This document shows, piece by piece, positions 15,913 to 26,500 of a stretch of 30,890 bases of DNA (positions are counted from its first letter, which is position 1; every line of letters starts with the position of its first letter). The notes below the pieces were generated by a model. It had not been told where the DNA came from. It did not search any database and was given only the letters and a program-made list of their open reading frames with translations. The DNA comes from a virus (lineage: Duplodnaviria; Caudoviricetes): the IMG/VR virus record IMGVR_UViG_3300031811_000006, positions 1 through 30,890 of that record. The stretch is one strand, 5' to 3'. The translations under genes and the position numbers were made by a program.

Positions 15913-16410
15913 ATGGCTCTTAAAGCAGATAGATATGAAGAATCAACAGATATCAGTTACTTTTCGTCAGCAACTGGCGTTAGAGGACAGGTTGTCCTTT
16001 TAGACGCAGCAGCTCTTGCTGGTGCATCGGGTGCTAGCTTGGATCAGGGTGAAAACACTGTTTCGGCACAAACGGCTGCCGTCACGGATGTTCCGGCTGG
16101 AATCATTCTTAACGATGTTGTTAATAAGGATCTCACCCGAACCCATCTAAACCAATACAAAGATGAGGTTCAGTTGGGTGGTAAAGTTACTGTTTTGACT
16201 CGCGGCTGGGTTGTAACAGATCAGATTACTGGCACTCCGAAGGCAGGTGACGTGGCCTATGCTTCCGCTACGCTAGGTGAGATTGGAGTTTCCGCCGCCG
16301 ACGCGGAAGCCACTGGAAACTTGGCACTTGGTCGTTTTATGTCCCGCAAGGACGCAGACGGTTACGCCAAAGTTTATATCAACCTTCCTAATCACGGCCC
16401 GGTAGCTTAA
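15913..16410 (+). CDS. Probable capsid decoration/cement protein
   Basis: Strong RBS AAGGAG; small Ala/Gly-rich beta protein between scaffold and MCP. Confidence 0.65.
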   Translation: MALKADRYEESTDISYFSSATGVRGQVVLLDAAALAGASGASLDQGENTVSAQTAAVTDVPAGIILNDVVNKDLTRTHLNQYKDEVQLGGKVTVLTRGWVVTDQITGTPKAGDVAYASATLGEIGVSAADAEATGNLALGRFMSRKDADGYAKVYINLPNHGPVA

Positions 16411-16441
16411 TAGGTCTTAACCTTAAAAAGGAGAATTAACA

Positions 16442-17449
16442 ATGTCATACACAGAAAGACCAAGTGAAGAATTTATCTCACTTTTGAAGAAAACTGGCAA
16501 TAATGACCAGAATGTGGCTTATTCAGCTCAACGTGAGTTTGCCAAAGCACTTGAATTGCCCTTACGCAAGGGCGTTTTGGTCGGAAATATCCTTGGCGAT
16601 ATTTTTGAAACTATTAATGTCGAACCCGGTGCTTCCACAGAGTATCCACTCGACTTAATCTCTCCTGGACTCGAAGGCGAACACGTCGCCTATACCAATC
16701 CAGGTCACGGTCGCGTTCCAGAACGAGCGGTGGAAAGCGATTATGTCACGATTCCAACGTATAGCATCACAAGCTCAGTTGATTATCTTCTGCGTTTTGC
16801 TCGTGAGGCTCGTTGGGATATAGCTGCTCGTGCTATAGAGGTGATGGAAGCTGGATTCGTTAAGAAAATGAATGATGACGGCTGGCACACCATTCTTGCC
16901 GCAGGTGTTGATCGTAACATCTTGGTCTATGACGGCGATGCTACCGCAGGATTGTTTAGCAAGAGACTCGTCTCTCTTCTACAAACAACCATGCGTCGTA
17001 ATGCTGGTGGGAACACCGGTTCCTCGAATCGCGGTCGTCTTACTGACCTCTACGTGTCTCCAGAAGCTCTGGAAGATGTACGTAACTGGGGTCTTGACCA
17101 GGTTGACGAAGTGACTCGTCGAGAAATCTACACTGCCTCTGAGGGTGGTGCCCCAATCACACGCATCTTTGGTGTGAACCTTCATGATCTCGATGAACTT
17201 GGCGAAGGTCAAGAGTACCAAACGTTCTTCGTGAACGGCCTTAGTGGTGCTGTTGAAGCTTCTGACCTTGAGTTGGTTATTGGTCTTGACCAGTCTTCCA
17301 ACGACAGCTTTGTCATGCCGATGAAGCAGAATTTGGAAGTATTTGAAGATCCCGCCCTCCATAGACAGCAACGAGCTGGATACTATGGATTCGCTGAACT
17401 TGGTTTTGGCGTTCTCGATAATCGTAGAGTTATCTTGGGATCATTCTGA
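16442..17449 (+). CDS. Major capsid protein (HK97-fold expected)
   Basis: 335 aa, strong RBS, position, followed by a terminator; C-terminal GYYGFAELGFGVLD. Confidence 0.82.
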   Translation: MSYTERPSEEFISLLKKTGNNDQNVAYSAQREFAKALELPLRKGVLVGNILGDIFETINVEPGASTEYPLDLISPGLEGEHVAYTNPGHGRVPERAVESDYVTIPTYSITSSVDYLLRFAREARWDIAARAIEVMEAGFVKKMNDDGWHTILAAGVDRNILVYDGDATAGLFSKRLVSLLQTTMRRNAGGNTGSSNRGRLTDLYVSPEALEDVRNWGLDQVDEVTRREIYTASEGGAPITRIFGVNLHDLDELGEGQEYQTFFVNGLSGAVEASDLELVIGLDQSSNDSFVMPMKQNLEVFEDPALHRQQRAGYYGFAELGFGVLDNRRVILGSF

Positions 17450-17472
17450 TCTCCGCTGCTTTCTTATCAAGG

Positions 17473-17510
17473 AAGAGTCATCCTCATATTATGGGGGTGG
17501 CTCTTTTTTT
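17473..17510 (+). terminator. Rho-independent terminator after MCP
   Basis: aagagtcatcctcat-att-atgggggtggctctt stem (with G-U pairs) running into a T tract. Confidence 0.85.
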
Positions 17511-17518
17511 GTGTATAA
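17511..17518 (+). promoter_or_regulatory. Putative late promoter motif GTGTATAA
   Basis: Directly abuts the terminator T-run. Confidence 0.65.
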
Positions 17519-17569
17519 TACATTGTAATTCGCGTTTACAATAGGATTTTATTAGAAGGGGAATTCCTT

Positions 17570-18058
17570 ATGACAGCCTTATCCGATTATTTGGAGTCTG
17601 GCTTGCTCCACCATATTTTCAGAGGTCAATCGTTCACTCCTCCGGGTGGCATATCAATCGCACTATGCAGTGGGATACCTAAAGAATCAGATTCTGGAGA
17701 AACCATTCCCGAACTGCCTGATGAAATAGATGGCACACCCACCGGATACAGCCGGAAGTGGTTAGGTGACCCTAAATCTGACGCTACCACCCCTGGGTCA
17801 CGTAGTGGCGACGTTGCTTGGTCCCATAGTCCTGATGACTATAGTGCTGGGAGCGGGGTTATAAAAAATAGAGACACTTTTATGTTTAACAATGCCGTTC
17901 AAGATTGGGGATGGGTTTCAGGCATAGCTATTTGTGACTCAGGACAGGTTGGTTCCGGAAACCTCCTCATGTATGCACAATTAAACAATCCAAGAATCAT
18001 TTATCAGGGAGATACCGTCAAGTTCGATACATCTTCGCTACAAATAAGTTTTAAATAA
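17570..18058 (+). CDS. Probable virion structural protein
   Basis: ALSDYLE..LL.H.FRG ... WG.VS..AI.D....GNLL...L pattern common in small phage tail/fibre-associated proteins. Confidence 0.65.
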   Translation: MTALSDYLESGLLHHIFRGQSFTPPGGISIALCSGIPKESDSGETIPELPDEIDGTPTGYSRKWLGDPKSDATTPGSRSGDVAWSHSPDDYSAGSGVIKNRDTFMFNNAVQDWGWVSGIAICDSGQVGSGNLLMYAQLNNPRIIYQGDTVKFDTSSLQISFK

Positions 18059-18078
18059 GTTTTAAATAGGGTTAAAAA

Positions 18079-20808
18079 ATGATCCTCTCCAAAACAGAGT
18101 ATATACAAAAGATGAAGGGTCTTTTGCCTGATAACTCTAGGCAAGAGATTTCTCCAGAAGATCTAAGAACAACTCTAATAGACTTAACAGATTCTGTTGT
18201 TAATTTCTTAGATGGTCAGATAATAACCGCTGATAACTTTGCCTCAGCAGAAACTAGATCCACCAAAGCTGGGCTTCTCACACTTGACAAGTTAGACCAG
18301 CCATATCGAACGACCGTAGATAACTCTGCCTTTGGGTATTCTGCCCTTTTTGGTAATTACACGGGGTATGAAAATACCGCCCTTGGATCTCACTCTCTTT
18401 CTTGCAACCTCATGGGTAGGGGGAACACTGCGGCTGGGTTCCAGTCCCTAGCCGGTAATACAGTTGGTACTGGTAATATTGGTGTTGGCAGTTTTTCATT
18501 AAACAACAATAAGGCAGGCAATCTTAATATAGCAATTGGTCACGGTGCCGGTTATTATCATACAAACGGTGACAATTATAGATTCTACTTGGGGTCGTTC
18601 GATGTAAATGCTGCATCAATGTGTGACATTGACGAAGATCCAGTAACCACTGGTCCGGCACCACTTCTGTTTGGCGATCTTAATCCAACTAGCCACAGAT
18701 TAGCAATTGGAACAAATGAGCTTCACGATTTTGGTATGCTTCAAGTTTCTGGCGATGTCACACCAACCATACACAACGGCTCCTCTCTTGGTACCACGCT
18801 AAGAAAGTGGTCATCAATAAACACTGATGACGTGATGTTCTCTGGAGCACACATTGGCATTGGAGGAGCACCCTCCGGTGCTATACATAATGTTGCGGAT
18901 GCTAGGATCACATCATATGGGGATATAGTACCCAACCAACACCAACGGTATGCTTTAGGACACCCAGAACTTCAGTGGGACGCATATCTCAATGATGTTG
19001 TTATCAGCGGTCAGCTCAGTATCTTTGACGAGTCTTATGTCTATCACGAGATTAGTCATTGTCTTTATGAATGCAAAACCCTTCATTTAGCCACGAGTGG
19101 TTTTTGCGATCCGGACGACGATGGGTTTCACAACTCCGCAGTTTGTGGTTTTCTAAACGACTCTTCCCTTGACGGTGCGGGCATAGAAGCCCATTCAAGT
19201 GGCGTGGATTACAGAAGAGATTACCGTTTTGTATATAGATATCCAGATAACGAATTGTTATGCCTAGGTAAAGACGCCTCTAATGCGTACTCGCAGAGTA
19301 GGTGGGAATCAAATATCTCCCTAGAGATACCCAGTGGGAAATCGCTAATAACAGAAAGGGTCTTAGGAAGAACCAAACTAGCTAACGTTATCCAGAGCGG
19401 TTGCATGGGTGTGTTCATAGAACCCTATGCCGTCTCTGGACAAAGAGTCATAGTTGGCCAAGAACCACATGTTGAGAACAGGTATCCGACATTAACTGAT
19501 GTTAACTTCATCTCTAGGTCTGGCACACACTTGGGATCAGATGGCAACCCCGTAGGGTATGATTTCGTTAGTCAGTATGCAACTGTTGATTCGGGCGTAA
19601 CCGTGGCACACAGGTTTGCCAGTAGAATTAAATTGACCTCTACTGTTAGAGGCTTTTCTATTGTTTATCATGACGATATGGACGCAATACTTGAGGGGTG
19701 CCTGAATGGTGGGTTAGCAAGTTCTTGTGGCGGCGATGTTGGCTATCCAGCTCCCGGTGGAGGCGGAGATTACGGACCTGGATACGGACCTGGAGGCGGT
19801 GGCGGTGCTATCGTTTCTCCCACGGTTACTATAGCTTGCGTCAGTCCTAGCGTTTCCAATGACGGAAATACAACCGCTATTGACCACACATTTACATTCA
19901 CTCTAAGTGAAGCTGCTGGAAATGGAACCTTGTTTGAGACCAGCGATGTACATGTCACGAACGGAGTGTTAGGGGATCTTACGCAGGATGGATTAGTATT
20001 TACGGGCACCTTAACCGTAAGCAACACGGATATCGATGGGGAAGTCTCAGTCAACGTTCCACAGAGTATGTTCCAAGATGCTGATGGACATGGCAATCAA
20101 TCCTCCTTGTTCACAATGTACTATAATGAGGGTAATCCACCCACAGTGACAATAACTTCTGGGGACGTGTCACATGAGGGTAGCACAAATAAACAAACGA
20201 TAGAATTAATCTTCACCCTCTCCGAGGCGGTTGGCAACGGAACCATATTCAATACCGACGACGTAGTGGTTACTGGGGGAACCAAAGGCCCCTCCGGTCT
20301 AGTCAAACTAAACGACACCACATATACACTGGTTGTTTCCGCAGACTCTGCTCCAAGCCAACCAACGGTGAGTGTCGCCGCCGGAATCTTCCAAGATGAA
20401 GATGGAAATAACAACATCGAAGCGACTAATTTCCAGTGGGACTATGAAACCGATAAACCTTATGCGGCAGTAACGGTTTTAGTCGATCCCCCATACGGCC
20501 CTGTCTCTAATAATGGAACAACAGATGGGAACCCTGTGACCGTCACGCTTGATTGGAAAAACTCTGGCGGGTTGGGTAATGACGAGGCAGGTATTGTTGG
20601 GTTTGTGGAAAGCGACATCTCTATTAATGGACCAGCAACGATTTCTAACTTTACCCAAACACCCGGTAAAACCAACCAGTGGACATTTAATTTCACCGCA
20701 AATTCTTTCAGTACGGTAGGGTTTAGCATAGCCGCTGGGAGGGTGACCGATGCGGCTGGAAATTCAAATGCTACGACCGCTAATTTTGATTACACGTACA
20801 TCTCATAG
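18079..20808 (+). CDS. Large fibre/adhesin-like virion protein with N-A-G-SL repeats and three C-terminal Ig-like domains
   Basis: NSAFGYSAL/NTALGSHSL/NTAAGFQSL repeats; Gly-rich linker; PTVTI...FTLSE...D..GN repeats. Confidence 0.7.
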   Translation: MILSKTEYIQKMKGLLPDNSRQEISPEDLRTTLIDLTDSVVNFLDGQIITADNFASAETRSTKAGLLTLDKLDQPYRTTVDNSAFGYSALFGNYTGYENTALGSHSLSCNLMGRGNTAAGFQSLAGNTVGTGNIGVGSFSLNNNKAGNLNIAIGHGAGYYHTNGDNYRFYLGSFDVNAASMCDIDEDPVTTGPAPLLFGDLNPTSHRLAIGTNELHDFGMLQVSGDVTPTIHNGSSLGTTLRKWSSINTDDVMFSGAHIGIGGAPSGAIHNVADARITSYGDIVPNQHQRYALGHPELQWDAYLNDVVISGQLSIFDESYVYHEISHCLYECKTLHLATSGFCDPDDDGFHNSAVCGFLNDSSLDGAGIEAHSSGVDYRRDYRFVYRYPDNELLCLGKDASNAYSQSRWESNISLEIPSGKSLITERVLGRTKLANVIQSGCMGVFIEPYAVSGQRVIVGQEPHVENRYPTLTDVNFISRSGTHLGSDGNPVGYDFVSQYATVDSGVTVAHRFASRIKLTSTVRGFSIVYHDDMDAILEGCLNGGLASSCGGDVGYPAPGGGGDYGPGYGPGGGGGAIVSPTVTIACVSPSVSNDGNTTAIDHTFTFTLSEAAGNGTLFETSDVHVTNGVLGDLTQDGLVFTGTLTVSNTDIDGEVSVNVPQSMFQDADGHGNQSSLFTMYYNEGNPPTVTITSGDVSHEGSTNKQTIELIFTLSEAVGNGTIFNTDDVVVTGGTKGPSGLVKLNDTTYTLVVSADSAPSQPTVSVAAGIFQDEDGNNNIEATNFQWDYETDKPYAAVTVLVDPPYGPVSNNGTTDGNPVTVTLDWKNSGGLGNDEAGIVGFVESDISINGPATISNFTQTPGKTNQWTFNFTANSFSTVGFSIAAGRVTDAAGNSNATTANFDYTYIS

Positions 20809-20825
20809 CCTAGGAACACAAAAAG

Positions 20826-23486
20826 ATGAAAGATAGATTATCAATACATTTAGACAATGGCCAGTCTGAAATATTTGAGGCTGTGACCGTTCTGAGGAAT
20901 GGCGGGTCTCCCGCTCAGTCTGGGTTAGTTGGCATCACGAATAAAAAACTCGCTGATGCGAGTTCCGACCCTTACTTGCCCGAGACTATTTTCAACGTCC
21001 ACGCCACCGGAGATTCTAACATTAGGTTTTCCAGTGGTCCCAATAGATTCTACCGAAGTAGTATCGAGCTGATTGGTGCGGGGAACACGAGGGCTTCTGG
21101 CCTCCATATCTCGTATGACCCAGGAGATGATAATGCTTTTATAACAACGCCGGGCGTCGACGGTTATACGGACTTGTGTGTGACCTCCGAGACAGACCTC
21201 GTTGTAGCCGATTTTTCTTTAATTCGATCTAGTGGGTGTTGCGGGATGGAGTTTTCGCACATATCTATGTCTGAACGTGGATATGTTGGTATCGGGGTAA
21301 CAAGACGACATAACGAGCGTTTATGGTCACCCAATGCACCCCTCACGGTTGCGTACTGGTGTGATGACATGTGTGATAGCGGCACTATATCCATGCATGA
21401 GCAGTCCTGTAAACCTACGATTAATTCCGATTATGGCAAGATATACGTTAAGCCTTGGACGGAAATTTCCCCCCACACACAGGCACTATTTTTTGTTGAT
21501 GACAATGGCACCGAAACCAATCTGATTAAAAAGCAGGACATTTCTCCCCTTGTTCCAGACGACGGTCTCATATTTGGCCATAATTGCAATACTTATGGTG
21601 GATGGTATACCCCTCAAACAAGGGCATATGATAGCACCAAAAATGCTAACACCTACTATGGATGGGGTGCTGGATTTAATCTTTCGGAAGATGGCGATGT
21701 AGATTTAAATACCCTAATAGGCTGTAATGCCGGTAGTGGGTTAACTCCATCTAACTCAAACAGCAATACCGTGGTCGGCTCCAAGAGCTTGACGGGCTGG
21801 ACTTCCGCAGAAAGAAACACCATAATTGGATCAGAGATCGCAACTGGCGGAGAGGGCGAGTTCGGTGGGATGGAGGACTGCATCTTAATTGGTAGATACT
21901 TATTCAATACGCAATTACCGCCACACGATACTCTGGCGATTGGTATAGGTGACACACCCCTAATTTCCGGAAGCCTCACAACTAACAGACAGGTATCAGT
22001 TAATAAAGCCACCTTTTGTTTAGAAGGCGATGATATTAACCTAACAATTAGAAATGTCGGTTCAGACAAATCTGTCATAAACGTCACTGATGCCAACAGG
22101 GCTGGAGACTTCCAAGGCGAAAGTCCTCTCTCGTTCGATTTCTCAAACTCTGAGAACTTTACTAGTACGCTATTCACCCTTGACCCCAACGGCTGCGTTT
22201 TAACAAATACCCCCACCTATGCAACACCTATTGACTGTGCTCCCTTTGCCCAGCTAGACGGGGATTTCAAACTTAGGGGTGCCATAAGATTTCAAGACGG
22301 AACCTCCTTATCTGGATTAAATGAGTTCGGGTTAGTTCCCTCTTTTGGGACATCTGGTGTAAGCAAGAACTTTATTACAGAATTAAACAAAGACGCTTAT
22401 GTGCTAGATTACTCAGAATTGCAACTTGCCGGTAATGTTTCCAGTAATATTAAAACTGACAACACATTCATAGCAGTTCAGCTTGACGGTACAACATCTT
22501 CAAATGTCGGTAAGATGTCGTTACAAGGCTTGGCAGACTATGTGAGTAGTGGCACATCCAGCATTGCGGAGAATTGCAATGTTTTGATTGCAAACCCAGA
22601 AGCTGAACTTAATGTTAACGTCGCCGGTATAAGTAGAAGCGTTATGATTGGGTGCGACGTAGCACAGCATGCTGCCGGTTGGAAAAACGCGGTCATTATT
22701 GGTGCGGACGCGGGAACCAACGCGACCACCTCTAACTCCCTCCTAGATAAAGACAAGCCAGTTATATTTATAGGCCACGGGGCTGGATATAATGCTGACG
22801 ACATTAGTCACGCTGTATACATAGGCGAAGATGCTGGTAAAAATTCCAACGCTAATGAATCCGTCTTCATAGGATTAAATGCTGGTGAAGCTTCCAATTC
22901 TAAAGAATCTATAGGTATTGGTAAGTTTGCCTTAGCTGGCATGACCGGAACACAATCCATAGGGAACATAGAAATAACCGCCAACCTTTCGATTAGTGAC
23001 CGGCTCTTCCACGCGGCAGACGCTGATCACCCAGGTTTTCGCAATAAGATTGCAATACAAAAGGTCTTGGCTGGAGATCTCATAGATAGAAAACTATCCA
23101 TAGGCGATGCGATACTTGACCCAGACGCACCCCTCTCCGTTAGACGCAGTGCCGGTATCCATGGGACTGGGGGTGGTGATTATATACAGACTTGGTATTG
23201 CGATGGTAACCTGATGGCATCTTTAGATTGTGATGGTAATTTTGACACTGCGGGCACATCTAATATAGTAGAAGGTAAATTATACACGGCCTTAATAGAA
23301 GCAACGAGTATTACGGAACCTTCGACAGCCGAACTCACTCCCTTAGTTGACAACGCATACTTGGGGCACCAGATCACAATAACCAACAGAGACAAAGACT
23401 TATATGGCGTGGTTGGTGCTTACGTTATTGTCCAGAAAATTGGTTCAGAATATAGACCTATCTGGGTTGGATGTTCTCAGCTATAG
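20826..23486 (+). CDS. Large fibre-like virion protein with IG..AG repeats
   Basis: NTLIGCNAG, VIIGADAG, IFIGHGAG, VYIGEDAG, VFIGLNAG repeats; I.F.DGT motif. Confidence 0.7.
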   Translation: MKDRLSIHLDNGQSEIFEAVTVLRNGGSPAQSGLVGITNKKLADASSDPYLPETIFNVHATGDSNIRFSSGPNRFYRSSIELIGAGNTRASGLHISYDPGDDNAFITTPGVDGYTDLCVTSETDLVVADFSLIRSSGCCGMEFSHISMSERGYVGIGVTRRHNERLWSPNAPLTVAYWCDDMCDSGTISMHEQSCKPTINSDYGKIYVKPWTEISPHTQALFFVDDNGTETNLIKKQDISPLVPDDGLIFGHNCNTYGGWYTPQTRAYDSTKNANTYYGWGAGFNLSEDGDVDLNTLIGCNAGSGLTPSNSNSNTVVGSKSLTGWTSAERNTIIGSEIATGGEGEFGGMEDCILIGRYLFNTQLPPHDTLAIGIGDTPLISGSLTTNRQVSVNKATFCLEGDDINLTIRNVGSDKSVINVTDANRAGDFQGESPLSFDFSNSENFTSTLFTLDPNGCVLTNTPTYATPIDCAPFAQLDGDFKLRGAIRFQDGTSLSGLNEFGLVPSFGTSGVSKNFITELNKDAYVLDYSELQLAGNVSSNIKTDNTFIAVQLDGTTSSNVGKMSLQGLADYVSSGTSSIAENCNVLIANPEAELNVNVAGISRSVMIGCDVAQHAAGWKNAVIIGADAGTNATTSNSLLDKDKPVIFIGHGAGYNADDISHAVYIGEDAGKNSNANESVFIGLNAGEASNSKESIGIGKFALAGMTGTQSIGNIEITANLSISDRLFHAADADHPGFRNKIAIQKVLAGDLIDRKLSIGDAILDPDAPLSVRRSAGIHGTGGGDYIQTWYCDGNLMASLDCDGNFDTAGTSNIVEGKLYTALIEATSITEPSTAELTPLVDNAYLGHQITITNRDKDLYGVVGAYVIVQKIGSEYRPIWVGCSQL

Positions 23487-23508
23487 AGTTACTAAAAAGG
23501 AGCTAGCG

Positions 23509-26500
23509 GTGGGAAGACCATCACGTTGCAATGTCTGCTGTACCGATACGGGTGACATCGATCTTCCCCCAGTGACAGATTGTGGGGGTGTGATAGCGGT
23601 TGTCTTTATGGATGAGTCAAGCCCACATCCTACAGCTATGAACTCTAAGATTGTTCAATATCTGGCAGCATTTCCGGATAGGCTTCTGTTCATCATGGAT
23701 GTTGAAGCAGGAGGATATGGCAATCTGGATTATACAGGATATCCAGCCTTCACGGGTTCGGATAGGTGTTATTCACTTGCGTTGGAAAAACAAGGTGGCG
23801 GGGCTGGGACATGGACGGATGATATACCTGAATATATCCTAAGAGATACAAGCACCGCGACCCCTAGTGATGTATTCTCATATATTACAACTATAGTCAA
23901 CAATAGCCCAAAGACTACAGGTGCTAATGAGGATGACGGAGACATAGTTAGAACGATATGGAAAGAGGCCAAACAGGTTAGTGTGTTCAGAGATAACTCT
24001 GGCAGCATGCGATATGGCGAGGTCCAAGACACATATGTAAAATTTATAGCAGATTTAGCGAGCCCTCCCGAGGGGCAGGTTGTATCAATTGGTGGCGAGT
24101 CGGTAGCGATTCGTCCAAAGGCGATAAAACGTAGCAATTATAATAAGGCCGAGGATTTTATTTGCCCGTTCGCCTATGAGCATTGCTGCGATAGTATAGC
24201 TTCGGAAGAGCTACTTGAGTTGTGCGGACTTGAGTGTCTCCCAATTATTGACGATCCTTCTTCGTTAAGTTTTACCACACAGCCTAACGGTCTGTATGTA
24301 GTTGATGATCCCTGTGATCCTGCCTGTTTCTCAATCGATCCAACAGAAAATGTGCTCCAAAGCTCCGACCAAAGCTCCGACCAAAGCTCCGACCTAGGCT
24401 CCACGCCGACGACGGGTTTCGTTTTTACGCATTTGCATAATCTCGCCCCACCCTCGATGGAAACTCTGGGGGCTGTAGGCGACCGGGGCGAGAGGGGTTC
24501 CCAGCTATTTGGAGCGGACCTCGCTATGAGTGCCAACGGTGACACCATAGTAGTTGTTGAACAGGAGCCGGTAAAAGTTAACATACAATCATTCACCAAG
24601 TCTGCCCTAGACCACGATGCAGATACTATTACCATTGCTGACCACGGTTTCGTAGACGACGAGTTAGTTCGTTACGCCGTCCAGCGGACCAATCTGTTTG
24701 GTTCTATCGACACAGAGCTTGACAACCTACACCACCTAACGAGCTACTATACAACGTCTCTTTATCGAGTCGACAACTCCACTACGAATACCTTCCAACT
24801 TCGGGACAGTGGTGGATCAATAGTTGACATTACGGCAGATGACGCAAATAACCCCTCTCAACACGTACTGGCTTTGGTTCCCGTACAGCTTAACTTGCTG
24901 CCGGCAAACGTTCCTCTACGATCCGCTAAGATTTGTACCTATAAGAGAAATCATTTTCCCGCTCCTGGCCGCTGCAACCTGATTTTCAAATATGAATTAG
25001 TGGACAGCTTCCTTACTGACGACCCGATTGCTGGCATTGATCATACCAGAGCTTCTATTGACCTATCTGACGATGGTCGTACCCTTATAGTTGGAACCCC
25101 AGATAACGGAACTGCATTAGACTTCACCTATGATCTTGGTGGCGGATACACGGTTACCGATACTGAGATTGAGGGCAAGGCTACCGGCGAGTGGAGGGTC
25201 TATGATTGGAACAACTACGACTCGACTTGGAGGCAGAGAGGGGATACCGGTACAATAGATGTGGATTCCTCTGAGGGGCAAGAAATAGGCACAATGGCCT
25301 CTATTTCTTGGGACGGGAACACCGTCGTGGTTTCCACCAACATAGACTCTACCCAGACGCTAAAGACGATAAATGACTTTACAGGCGATAGTAATCGTGG
25401 GTTTGTACACGTCTACGACTGGGACATAAACTCAGCCTCTTGGGTTCAGCGTGGGTCTGGAATCAGAGACTTCGTTAGCGAATACGAAATAAAACTCTCT
25501 GGTTACCCTAGGTATTTCAGTGTTGACGCCAATGTTGATTATATTGCCATTAGTACATATAGGTACGATCCAACAAGCACCCAATCTCTCGACGATGCCG
25601 GGCGGCATAGATACAACTATGGTGCGGTAAGGGTTTTTAAATACGATGGTTCTGACTGGGTACAGTTTGGCAATACGATTTCTAAGGTTCCTGATGCAGA
25701 CTACGTCACCGCCGTAGGTAACTACGATGCCGTCGTTGCGGCGATGGACACTTATTTCGGTAATGCAGTCTGCCTATCTAAGGATACCAGCCTAAACCCC
25801 TATCCTAGGCTAGCTGTGATGGATATGAATTCGGTCTATGTCTATGATTATAACACAGTTAGTGAACAATTCACAGGCACTGATTTAGATGTCAATGCCA
25901 ATACGGTTACCATTCCTGGGCACGTCCTCCAAAATGGCGACATGGTTCGTTACAACAATTTGGTGGAGGGGCCGTTTGAAAACCTAACGAATGGCGTGGA
26001 TTACGAAGTCATTAACGTTTCAGGAAATACCTTCCAGCTTTCAAGTGATGGATCAACTGGGATTGCCTTTACTTCAGGCCCACTTGGCGATGAAAGCAAC
26101 ACGGGTGTACACACGTTGACCATCGATAAGTGGGTCCAACAGGGTAATGCGATACCGAGAGGGAATGCATTGAAACCACTCGGCACTTCCCAAATAGGGC
26201 ATGAATGGTCTACCGACTCCGTCACCAGTCAACACAAGAGTCCCTCAATAGCATTTTCTGAGGACAGAAAAACGATAATAATCGGTGACTATACACCGCA
26301 CTTATCTCCGCAAAGGGGTTTAGTAAGGACACTGCGACTGGTTGATGACACGTGGGTGGAGTCCGAGTTCAACGCTTTTCGGTCGGGGATCGATGATGTG
26401 GAGCATTTTGGAACCGACGTCTTAATATCTAGAGGGGGAGAGGTTATCACGCAGGGCATAGGTGCTGGTTGTGTGGACAAGGTTGTCGCTGGGAACATCC

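Noticed and set aside
18042-18068. 11-bp tandem duplication aaataagtttt at a gene end
   Set aside because: Short AT-rich slippage with no functional evidence
23404-23508. Extended start of the giant ORF
   Set aside because: Overlaps the upstream gene; a strong SD precedes GTG 23509
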